From the IMG/VR virus record IMGVR_UViG_3300025098_005131: DNA of 64,000 nucleotides, one strand, 5' to 3'. This document shows, piece by piece, positions 39,442 through 47,999 of the stretch; the first letter of the stretch is position 1; every line of letters begins with the position of its first letter. The notes below the pieces were generated by a model. The model did no database searches. It had not been told where the DNA came from and saw only the letters and a program-made list of their open reading frames with translations. Source of the DNA: a virus. Its lineage: Duplodnaviria; Caudoviricetes. Both the position numbers and the translations under genes were made by a program.

Positions 39442-41324
39442 TATATAAACCTTAGTATACTATTACAAGTAACATGCTTTTTAATACCAGAAACAATATC
39501 TACATATTCAAATTCCAACTTTATTCTTTTATTTTTAAAAGCACTCGCACAATATAGTTTCAAAACATAACTGTTGCCTAAATGTTTAAGTTTCATGTCT
39601 TCTTTAGTAAAAGGAGTTAGATTATCACCATCCCAGTCAATCGGAATAGAATCTATTAGAGTTTTATTTTCGTCAACACAAATAATATTGTAAAAAACGT
39701 CGCCAACGTCTTCTGATTCTAGATCAATTTGAACATTCCTTGCGTCATATTGTCTTTTAGTATCAATAAAGTCTACTTTGATATTTTGAATTGAATCATT
39801 GGCATATAAATCCTTTTCAGGCATATTGATAATCGCTCTTATATGCTGAACATTGTCTAGAGATTCTGTTACTGGCATTTGAAAAGTTTTTATTTCTTCG
39901 TTGACAAGAATCGCTGGATCGTTTACGTGTCTGTAGACAAATTTTAAATCAACCTTGCCATTACTAACAATTTTTTGCTTTATGAAATCATTTGTTAAAG
40001 TAATAATATTATCAGCAACTATAAATTGTTTAATTCCTGTAAGTTTATTGCCTTTATAAGAGTAAACATCTGTTCCTAAAATAGGCCCAAATTCTAAAGC
40101 TTCATCTTCTTCTGAGTTTATTATTAACTCAATGTCATCACTAAAGTCTTTAAGCCTATTATTAGTGACTTTATTGAATATGAAAAATGTTTCTTGGTTC
40201 GCAATAAATCTATTTTTATCTGAGTATGTTGCTTCGTTAATCAAGTCATCTTTTATCTTAACTTCTATGCGAGGATAATCAATTTTGTTTCTTGTATCTT
40301 TACTGGCAAACCTTTTTACAAAATAGGTGTTTTCATTAAACAAATCCGTATAGTTAAAACCTACAACAAACGATTGACTTGTAACATTTCCTGCTAAGTA
40401 TTCATCAAAGTAGTCTGTTATATCAAAATACAGCTCTTCGTTGCCATCAATAAAGTCAAAAGAAGCCTCAAATACTTGATCATTACTAAGTTTAACACAA
40501 TCTTCTTCAGATACAAAGCTGTTTGCATGCCAGTCGTTGCTTTCGTTTATGTTAACAAAATTACTAATGCCTAAGTCTGAAAAGTGTATTGTATCTTTGC
40601 CAAGGCCTTCAACAAAATCATTCTTTAATGCTCTTAGCTTTAGAGTAAAGTTTCTAGGTTTTGTATTTAGATTACCTACATCTTTAAGTTTAATATATAC
40701 TCTATAGTTGTTTTTATTGCTAAAAGCAGACTGTGCTAAATTAAATACGTGATCTGTTTTTAATCTATCAAGGTTAAACCTCAAAAGACCTGCAGAATGT
40801 TCAAACAAGTAAAAATTAGAAACAATTATGTTTGAATTTACTTGGCTACTGTTTTCTTTTTTTCCTGATACACCACTTATATTTTGTGTCAATAATATCT
40901 TGTTATCTGATATTTCTTTTGCTGTAATTGTGAAAGTTAGATTATTTGCAAAATTATTAACACTATTTATTGCATCACGTAGTCTTTCTAAAGTTTGTTG
41001 TATAGTCAAAGTATTCGATAGACCTACTATGACATCTTCTCCATCAAGCGTGCCATCAAAAGCATTAGATTCGTGCACAAACTTAAAAGAAACTCCATTC
41101 TCATTGTTTAAAATATTATTATCTCTTAATGTAATAGTTGAACCATTTATTGGAACATCATTTATTTCAATGAGTGCTCTTGCTTTTATTTTTTTATTTT
41201 CTCTTGCAATTTTAAAAAGATCTATAGTAGATGACTTTCCTACATTTGATAGCTCACCTACGTTTGTACTTGTTACTGCATTTGTTACATATGTGTCTTT
41301 TAATATTTCACCTAAAATAATCAT
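39441..41324 (-). CDS. Baseplate-associated protein (DNRLRE-like jelly-roll N-terminus)
   Basis: KDTYV...NVGKSSTIDL...GLLRFNL and FASKDT...YPRIEV pattern; follows the gp6-like gene. Confidence 0.45.
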   Translation of the reverse strand: MIILGEILKDTYVTNAVTSTNVGELSNVGKSSTIDLFKIARENKKIKARALIEINDVPINGSTITLRDNNILNNENGVSFKFVHESNAFDGTLDGEDVIVGLSNTLTIQQTLERLRDAINSVNNFANNLTFTITAKEISDNKILLTQNISGVSGKKENSSQVNSNIIVSNFYLFEHSAGLLRFNLDRLKTDHVFNLAQSAFSNKNNYRVYIKLKDVGNLNTKPRNFTLKLRALKNDFVEGLGKDTIHFSDLGISNFVNINESNDWHANSFVSEEDCVKLSNDQVFEASFDFIDGNEELYFDITDYFDEYLAGNVTSQSFVVGFNYTDLFNENTYFVKRFASKDTRNKIDYPRIEVKIKDDLINEATYSDKNRFIANQETFFIFNKVTNNRLKDFSDDIELIINSEEDEALEFGPILGTDVYSYKGNKLTGIKQFIVADNIITLTNDFIKQKIVSNGKVDLKFVYRHVNDPAILVNEEIKTFQMPVTESLDNVQHIRAIINMPEKDLYANDSIQNIKVDFIDTKRQYDARNVQIDLESEDVGDVFYNIICVDENKTLIDSIPIDWDGDNLTPFTKEDMKLKHLGNSYVLKLYCASAFKNKRIKLEFEYVDIVSGIKKHVTCNSILRFI

Positions 41325-41334
41325 TCTTTAACCT

Positions 41335-43200
41335 TTAATTGCTTATAACTACTACGTCGCTTAAATATTTTAATTCAAAAATTCCTCCTCTAGGAGGAAA
41401 AACAATTCCATTATCATAGTTTTCAAAAGGTGAAAATCTATTTTCACTATAATCTTTAAGCTGTGTTGAAGAATTTTGTTGTAACTCATCAAAAGAAGTG
41501 TAAGATCTAACTATAGTCTTGTAATTTGAAGATATTGTCATGACACCAGGCACTGCTAAAGTTATTGCAATAATATTGTTTACATTAATTCCTTCACCAA
41601 TCTGTAATGCCTTAAACTCCATCTGTTGTATTATTGAATTCTTTATTTGTCTTATAACATTATTTACATCATAATTTGACTTAATTTTAGCTTTTAGAAA
41701 AATTTTAAAATTATATATTGGAGAATCTACTATATTAAACGTGTCGCCGATTAATCTAAAATTATTAATGAAATTAGAAAGATTAACTTTAATTGCATCA
41801 TTAGCACTAACAAGATTGTCATCAATATCTTTACAAATTACAAACAAATCTTTTGATATTTTTGTAAAAGGATTGGGTAAAAGTGCAGCTTTGTAAATTT
41901 TTCCAAAATTTGTAGGCATCGTGTAAATTCTAGCAATTAAATCTTCATGGTTTACTATTCTTGACTGCATTTTTACTGCTAAAGGAATTTGCTTTTTTAA
42001 TTCATCAATATCAATAGCTTCAGCGCCACCAACTGCATTTTCAGGATTGTTAACTGACATTGTTGATTTTACAATATCAAAATTTGAACTGGTGTTATCA
42101 CTTTCCGTATTACCAAATCTTATTAATAAACTATCTATAGTGTTAATCGAACCTGACCTTACGTTATGAGAAATGCCTCCGCCATACTTATATTTAATAG
42201 TCAAAGTATTTCCTGCTGGAGAAACTCCTAAGCTGTCACTTGAAATTAGCTTTTTAGGGTCTAAAGAAAAATTTGTAAAGTATTCTCTACCCACAAGAGG
42301 TAGAGTTAATACTTCTGGGTTTATTAATAAACCATCATCTAATATTGTTTTTCCTTCGCCATTACCAAACCTTATAGTTGTTAATCCGTCGTCAAAGTCT
42401 CTTTCTAGAACGTATCTATAAGGCGCAGCTCTAACTTCAAAATAGTCTTCGTTTCTATTGTTTTCTATTCTTTTATATATAGTATCTTGTGTCAAATGTT
42501 CTACTTCAAAATATAGGTTATTAGTTTCATTATCTCTTATACTAATAACATTTGTAACATTTTCATTAGAGATAGTATAACTTAAAAAATCACTGGTTTG
42601 TGTCGGGTCAAAGCTAACAGTTTCAGTTGTAACTTCCCCTGAAGTACAAAGCCCTTGCTTTTTAACAAATAAATGAGTGATATTATCATTGTTACCATTG
42701 TTTCTTAAAACACTTGTTACAATAAATTCTTTAGTAAAATCAACATCTTCTTCGAGAGTAAAAGGTATTCCATCATTTGAAGATATTTGAGTTCCTTTTA
42801 AAATAGTCGGCAACATCTCCGGATTAGGCTCTGTAGAGTTTTCTGATAACGCCGCAACAATGCAAGAAAAGTCTACGTATACGCTAGAGGGCGAAGCAAA
42901 TCCTGATTGGATGTTAGCTTTTTTAAGATGATTGTTTATATTGAATTCAGAAGTTGCAGTCTCATAGTTGAGTTCATTTATTTGAAAATCGACGTAATTT
43001 GTCAAAGATTCACCAACAATCGATGCAAAATCTAAAAACATGCCTCCAAGGCTCGACTCTGAAAAGTCTTGAATTTGATTTTCAAAGTTTTTAGAAGCGT
43101 AATCTAAGAGTTCACTTTTAAAATCATCTCTTGTCTTAGCGATAAAGTTGTTTCTATTTGTTGCGTTTTTTTCGCTATTTTTTAAAATAATATTTGTCAA
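41335..43200 (-). CDS. Baseplate wedge subunit (T4 gp6 / baseplate J-like)
   Basis: DFKSELLDYA...DFSESSLGGMFLDFASIVG; IRFGNGEG; YKYGGG...NV; AVGGAEA...ELK; QSRIVNHEDL. Confidence 0.85.
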   Translation of the reverse strand: MTNIILKNSEKNATNRNNFIAKTRDDFKSELLDYASKNFENQIQDFSESSLGGMFLDFASIVGESLTNYVDFQINELNYETATSEFNINNHLKKANIQSGFASPSSVYVDFSCIVAALSENSTEPNPEMLPTILKGTQISSNDGIPFTLEEDVDFTKEFIVTSVLRNNGNNDNITHLFVKKQGLCTSGEVTTETVSFDPTQTSDFLSYTISNENVTNVISIRDNETNNLYFEVEHLTQDTIYKRIENNRNEDYFEVRAAPYRYVLERDFDDGLTTIRFGNGEGKTILDDGLLINPEVLTLPLVGREYFTNFSLDPKKLISSDSLGVSPAGNTLTIKYKYGGGISHNVRSGSINTIDSLLIRFGNTESDNTSSNFDIVKSTMSVNNPENAVGGAEAIDIDELKKQIPLAVKMQSRIVNHEDLIARIYTMPTNFGKIYKAALLPNPFTKISKDLFVICKDIDDNLVSANDAIKVNLSNFINNFRLIGDTFNIVDSPIYNFKIFLKAKIKSNYDVNNVIRQIKNSIIQQMEFKALQIGEGINVNNIIAITLAVPGVMTISSNYKTIVRSYTSFDELQQNSSTQLKDYSENRFSPFENYDNGIVFPPRGGIFELKYLSDVVVISN

Positions 43201-43205
43201 TTTGC

Positions 43206-43697
43206 TTACCTCGAAGATGCTATGTTTAGTATTAATTCGTGTGATTTGTCACTCAATAATGGAATATTAAACTCAATAATGACTTTATGATACTCCCCGT
43301 CCAAATCATTATTTCTAAATTTTGTAGAAGTAAAGTTTATCAAATTAATTGAGGGTAAATATTCTGTCACTGCTTCTTGAACTTCTTGTGTAACGATATC
43401 ATTAACATCGTCAATATCAGTTCTGGAGTATAAATCTATTATATTCGTTCCAAAGTTTGGTTTTGTAAGATATTCTCCTTTTCTTGTAAGAATTAAAGTT
43501 TTAAGATCAACTAGAAGCTGATCTTCTGGAGAATACGTCATTGCAAATAAACTTTCTGAACTTTTCTTTTTACTTTGAATAGGTAGAATAATACCAAAAG
43601 GCTTATTTTTTTTACCTTGTATTTTTTCTAAATACTCTTCAGAGTCAACAAAATCGTTTACTTTTTTGCCTGAATTTTTAAATTTAAACTTTGACAT
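43206..43697 (-). CDS. Baseplate wedge subunit (T4 gp25-like)
   Basis: DLKTLILTRKGEYLTKPNFGTNI and EAVTEYLPSINL. Confidence 0.85.
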   Translation of the reverse strand: MSKFKFKNSGKKVNDFVDSEEYLEKIQGKKNKPFGIILPIQSKKKSSESLFAMTYSPEDQLLVDLKTLILTRKGEYLTKPNFGTNIIDLYSRTDIDDVNDIVTQEVQEAVTEYLPSINLINFTSTKFRNNDLDGEYHKVIIEFNIPLLSDKSHELILNIASSR

Positions 43698-43723
43698 TAC
43701 TAATTCTCTTTAAATAATACATA

Positions 43724-43731
43724 ATAAATAT
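43724..43731 (-). promoter_or_regulatory. Candidate late promoter ATATTTAT
   Basis: Located at the hub/gp25 junction upstream of the gp25-like gene. Confidence 0.35.
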
Positions 43732-43735
43732 CAAA

Positions 43736-45610
43736 TTATACAGTTTTAGCTAGCTTACTAAGAATACTATCTAAATTTTGATTAATTAAATCGAGTCTAT
43801 CTGATAAAGCATTATTTGCATTAAAGTTTTTGTCAATAGACTTTTGATATTCGTCTATCTTGCTATTTATTTTATTGATACTAGAGTTTAAAGATGAATG
43901 ATAATTGATTAACAATGCAAGAACAGATGCTGCAGCAGCGCCAGGAGGTCCTGCAGCACTTAAGCTACTTTGTAAAGGTGCAGTAATTGATGAATCCAAA
44001 GGTGTTAAAGAGATTTCAAGTTCAGACTTAACAGTATCAAAAACGCTTTTTGTATCTAAAAGCATTTTCCTTGTTTGTTTTAAATTTAAAATCTTTACGT
44101 TATTAATCTCTTCAATAAACTCTTTAAGCTGTTCACCTAAAACTAAACTTTGAGAATCATTGCTGCTGCCGCCTATAAAAACAGAAGGTGTCTTTCCGTT
44201 TTGAAGAAAGCTATATCTTTTAGATTCTCCAATTGTAATAGTAGGAGCACTTAAAACAATATTACCTAAATTTGTTAATGTAATGTGACTAGAAATATCG
44301 TCTTGTGTATTAGGCTTTAAAAAGCTCATTACACCTGCAGCATCTTTATGTAAAGAAAAGACGATGTTATTAGAAACACAAGCTACTGAAGGTGTGTTTT
44401 TAAAGGTATTTTCAAAATTGCTAGAAAAAGAAGCACCTGCATAAAAAAAGTTTTTAAAAGTCTTTTCTTGATTTTTTATATTTGAAGTGTTTTTTTGTGG
44501 TACAAGGATTTCCTTACTTAAATCTTGAAAGTTAAAGTCAACTTCTTTTAAAAAATCAATTATTTCGCTGCCTGATTCTGATATTACTAGCTTAGACAGA
44601 TCGTTATCAAAGCTAGTAGAAGATTTAAATCTAATATTTTCTTTAAACTTTTCATTTTTTCTTGAATCACCTGCAAAAATTCTTTGAGACTTAACTGTTT
44701 CCTTGAAAAAACCATTATCAATTACAGGCATAGCACTGTTGTAATTAGAAATATTTATATCTTTAATTTCTTCAATTTTTTTTTCATTAGGCTTATAAAC
44801 TTTAAATACACTACTGTCCTCAGGAGAAATTCGTCTAGACTTTTTATTTAACCCAGCAATTAAGTCAACTTTACTATATTTTGCAGGAACAGTATTACTT
44901 GATCCTTCACCATCTTCAAGTGATGCATTCTCATCAGTAAGTTTTATTATACTACCATAAGTTCCTTGCAAAACAGTATCAGTTGATTTATTTAAATTTC
45001 TTTCTACACCATCAATATTATAAAGCTTTATTTTATTTATAATATTGTTGAAGGCATTTTCTGTAATGTGTGTTTTAAATCCAAACTGATTTTCAAATAC
45101 ATTAACGATAGAATCAGATATTTCTGCAGCTGACTTTAAAAAGCTTTCATAGCTATTTGCGCCAGAAGATAAACTTTTGTTTTCTAAGTCAAATATATCT
45201 GATTTGTTTTTTGAATAAACGTTGTTGTCTCTATCAATTAGCGTTAACCCAACATCCTCTGTGTTTAATAATCCGTGCGCTCTACCAAAATAAACACCAT
45301 GAACTGCCTGTTTTGACTTTGCCTTGTTTATAGGGTAAAACCAAACAGACTCTGTTGCCTTAACAGGAGTGTTAACGTGTGATGAAACAATAGGTATTAG
45401 TATCACAAATCTACTGTCTTGCTTACAATGACAAAATAAAGCCTCTGGAGGTAAGTTTTCTGCAAATCTAACAAATTGCTTGTTTTGCAATCCGTCGTTG
45501 CTGTCAAAAAAGTATCTTCGAATGTTTAGCTCTTTAAGACTTTGATCTACAAGATTAGCATTGCCAGCATCGTTTTCAACAATATACAAGATAGTTGCAA
45601 TTTTTAACAT
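43736..45610 (-). CDS. Baseplate hub/spike-like protein (gp5 position)
   Basis: Position upstream of gp25/gp6; beta-repeat-like C-terminal half (HITLTNLGNIVLSAPTITIG) and QSLVLGEQLKEFIEEI motif. Confidence 0.5.
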   Translation of the reverse strand: MLKIATILYIVENDAGNANLVDQSLKELNIRRYFFDSNDGLQNKQFVRFAENLPPEALFCHCKQDSRFVILIPIVSSHVNTPVKATESVWFYPINKAKSKQAVHGVYFGRAHGLLNTEDVGLTLIDRDNNVYSKNKSDIFDLENKSLSSGANSYESFLKSAAEISDSIVNVFENQFGFKTHITENAFNNIINKIKLYNIDGVERNLNKSTDTVLQGTYGSIIKLTDENASLEDGEGSSNTVPAKYSKVDLIAGLNKKSRRISPEDSSVFKVYKPNEKKIEEIKDINISNYNSAMPVIDNGFFKETVKSQRIFAGDSRKNEKFKENIRFKSSTSFDNDLSKLVISESGSEIIDFLKEVDFNFQDLSKEILVPQKNTSNIKNQEKTFKNFFYAGASFSSNFENTFKNTPSVACVSNNIVFSLHKDAAGVMSFLKPNTQDDISSHITLTNLGNIVLSAPTITIGESKRYSFLQNGKTPSVFIGGSSNDSQSLVLGEQLKEFIEEINNVKILNLKQTRKMLLDTKSVFDTVKSELEISLTPLDSSITAPLQSSLSAAGPPGAAAASVLALLINYHSSLNSSINKINSKIDEYQKSIDKNFNANNALSDRLDLINQNLDSILSKLAKTV

Positions 45611-45614
45611 TTTT

Positions 45615-45992
45615 TTACCCGTTTATTTTACTAAAGATATCATCATCTGATATACTTTCAGACTTTTCTTCTTCTTTTGCTATGAGTTCCGCTAATTTAA
45701 GTATTTGATCATTTGATTTGCTCATTCTCTCAATGTATTTTGACATAATAGAACCGATATTCATGTGTTCATTTACACCTCCTTGCATAGATATATAAGC
45801 ATCGTTAAATAAAAGCTTTGCTTTTTCTCTATCTTCAAGTGCATTTTCATAAATATCTTTCCACAGCATCTTTTTTTTGTCTTCTAAAGAGTCAATGTTA
45901 TCCAAAATATCAGCAAAGTTTTTGATTTGTTTTTCTTTTTTTTCGTTTTTATCTAAGTCTTTACTTGCTTTTTCAATCTCGTTAGTGTTCAT
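45615..45992 (-). CDS. Small helical protein, possible terminase small subunit
   Basis: 125 aa, all-helical oligomerisation-like pattern (IYENALEDREKA...YIERMSKSNDQILKLAELI); resemblance to gp16-type TerS is by eye only. Confidence 0.35.
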   Translation of the reverse strand: MNTNEIEKASKDLDKNEKKEKQIKNFADILDNIDSLEDKKKMLWKDIYENALEDREKAKLLFNDAYISMQGGVNEHMNIGSIMSKYIERMSKSNDQILKLAELIAKEEEKSESISDDDIFSKING

Positions 45993-46000
45993 ATTTTTTC

Positions 46001-46753
46001 CTAAAAGAATAAATCAAATTCTTCTTTTGTTCCACTTATTTTTTTAAAATGCTTTCTAATTGTAGAAAGCGAAGAGCTAAGCTCTGTGCTATTTAGACCA
46101 GAAATTTCTCTAAGGTATACAAAAACTGCTCTTTTGTTTAGATAATCTAAGTCGTCTGCCTTCATAAATATTTCCCTTACAGCTTCAATACATCTTAAGT
46201 CTCTTTCATCCTTAAGCCTTGTTTTAATTTCTACAACTATACTATCTATGTTTTTAGTTAAAATTGCTTTTCTTTCAAGTCTATATTGAGTTTCATCAAA
46301 TTCCATGTCAGCTAATTGTCGCTTTTCTGCTGATGTAAAATCTTCTGTTGCGTCAAATGATACACTTCTTTTAGCGTTTTTCAAAAGTCTTCTAGAATGT
46401 ATTGTTAGCCAATTTTTTGCAACAACATTAAAATATGAGAATGCTTTTGTTCCATTATCAGGATTCCACTTGTGAAGAGTTTCAAATAAAAAAGTTACGC
46501 AATCAGACTTTAAGTGTGTTATTTCTTCATTTGTTGATTTAAATTTGTAAACTGAAACTAAGTTGTGAACTAATTCTTCAAATGCTGTATGTATGTGTTT
46601 TGAATATATTCTATTTTTTTTAATTTTTCGATCTTCGTTTTGATAATCGACAATTTTACTTTGCGTTTCAGCAGTAAAATAATAATTCTTTTTTTTCTTC
46701 TTTTCTCTAGTATTTTTTTTATCGTTCAATTCAGTAGCTTTCTTCATCATCAT
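46001..46753 (-). CDS. Phage late-transcription sigma factor (gp55-like)
   Basis: Basic N-terminus KKKKNYYFT; sigma region 2-like LKSDCVTFLFETLHKWNPDNGTKAFSYFNVVAKNWL; exact start among three tandem ATGs is uncertain. Confidence 0.75.
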   Translation of the reverse strand: MMMKKATELNDKKNTREKKKKKNYYFTAETQSKIVDYQNEDRKIKKNRIYSKHIHTAFEELVHNLVSVYKFKSTNEEITHLKSDCVTFLFETLHKWNPDNGTKAFSYFNVVAKNWLTIHSRRLLKNAKRSVSFDATEDFTSAEKRQLADMEFDETQYRLERKAILTKNIDSIVVEIKTRLKDERDLRCIEAVREIFMKADDLDYLNKRAVFVYLREISGLNSTELSSSLSTIRKHFKKISGTKEEFDLFF

Positions 46754-47045
46754 TAATATCTTTTTTACTTATATTTGCTAAGTCATATGATATTTCGTAA
46801 ACAATACTTTTAACACTTAACACTTCTGTTAAAAGGCTTTTGATTTCAGGACTATCAAAAAAAACAGGTATTTCTGAGATTTGTGAAATTTTATTATATT
46901 TGTCGTCTATTTTATCAAGAGAATTTTCAATTGTATCTTGAATTTTAATAATTATTAAAGCAAACTTAATACAATAAAAAACTGACAATGTTAACAATAC
47001 ACCTAGTAATATTAAAAAGTAAATCAAACTACATGTGCCTTTCAA
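46731..47045 (-). CDS. Small membrane protein (N-terminal TM helix + coiled coil)
   Basis: Hydrophobic stretch LIYFLILLGVLLTLSVFYCIKFALIII; TTG start; 3' end overlaps the sigma start. Confidence 0.55.
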   Translation of the reverse strand: MKGTCSLIYFLILLGVLLTLSVFYCIKFALIIIKIQDTIENSLDKIDDKYNKISQISEIPVFFDSPEIKSLLTEVLSVKSIVYEISYDLANISKKDINDDEESY

Positions 47046-47099
47046 ATAAACTTTAGCAACTATATGTATTATTTATTAATTTTATAAAAAAGTTAATTT

Positions 47100-47933
47100 T
47101 TATTTACAATAATCGGTTCCCTTGAATTCGCAAAACATACAAGAATTTCTATTTTTTAGAAAAAATTGTTTTTCAACAGTTTTAATCATACTTCTAACCA
47201 TTTTTCTAGACTTTTCTAAGCTTTTTGGGCCGGCAGAAACTTTTATTAGTTGACAAGATTTACCAATAGTTTTAACCTTTTTGAGCAAAACGAAACCACA
47301 TTGTATATCTTTCATTTCAACATTGTGCTTTGTTCCCCAGAAGTGTTTATAAAGTATCACTTGCGCTTGCGTATTAAAGTCTCTTTGTTTATCTAAAGAC
47401 CATCCTCTTCCACTCGAAGTCTTCCAGTCAATAACCCAATACTTATATTTGTCTTTATAAGGTATTTTAATAATGCAATCAATATAACCTTTAAACTTTG
47501 TCGGAATGTTTTCCATGTTTTCATAGATTGCCTCTTCAGCAGACACTATTTCCCAGCTAGGAAAAGTATCGTTCATAAATTGTGGCATTGAATTCAAGCT
47601 AGTCTCTGCCCACTGAAGCCAGTCTTTTAATTTATTATGTTTATACTTCCAACCTTGTAATTGTGCTCTATTTGTTTGTAGTTGAATAAAATCTTCTGCA
47701 TCAAAACCGTGTTCATCCCAAGCTAATTTAATCTTATTTTGGGCTTCTTCGATTTTAAGCTCTTTTGTTTTTAAAAAATGTTCACATGCATCGTGGATTA
47801 TTGTTCCGTAATGTAGATGTGGGCTTTCTTCAAAAGTCCTCATTTTATCTATATATAATAACTTATGTCGCCAAGGACATTCTTTCCATTGGCGAACCTC
47901 AGAATAGGAGACATGCTCCTTTAAAATAGTCAT
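47100..47933 (-). CDS. PD-(D/E)XK nuclease, Cas4/RecB/AddB-like with probable Fe-S cluster
   Basis: SYS...ECP, GTIIH, KGYID, IDWKT, QVILY and terminal CMFC-x7-C; probable ATG at 47933 with SD GTGAGGT (ORF track TTG at 47951). Confidence 0.85.
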   Translation of the reverse strand: MTILKEHVSYSEVRQWKECPWRHKLLYIDKMRTFEESPHLHYGTIIHDACEHFLKTKELKIEEAQNKIKLAWDEHGFDAEDFIQLQTNRAQLQGWKYKHNKLKDWLQWAETSLNSMPQFMNDTFPSWEIVSAEEAIYENMENIPTKFKGYIDCIIKIPYKDKYKYWVIDWKTSSGRGWSLDKQRDFNTQAQVILYKHFWGTKHNVEMKDIQCGFVLLKKVKTIGKSCQLIKVSAGPKSLEKSRKMVRSMIKTVEKQFFLKNRNSCMFCEFKGTDYCK

Positions 47934-47937
47934 AACA

Positions 47938-47975
47938 GACCTCACTTTCAATATTATTATAGTAAAAGTGAGGTC
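47938..47975 (-). promoter_or_regulatory. 11-bp perfect inverted repeat covering the nuclease RBS, with a TATAAT box in the 16-nt loop
   Basis: Minus strand GACCTCACTTT-TACTATAATAATATTG-AAAGTGAGGTC-TGTT-ATG; arms at 47965-47975 and 47938-47948. Confidence 0.7.
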
Positions 47976-47999
47976 AATTGATAAATCTATTTTTAATTA

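Noticed and set aside
40828-41331. 167-aa plus-strand ORF
   Set aside because: Fully antisense to the coupled baseplate gene 39441-41324, with no recognisable motif
47956-47977. TTGACC as the -35 of the nuclease promoter
   Set aside because: Only 10 nt from TATAAT, too short for sigma70; the 17-nt-spaced TTATCA was used instead
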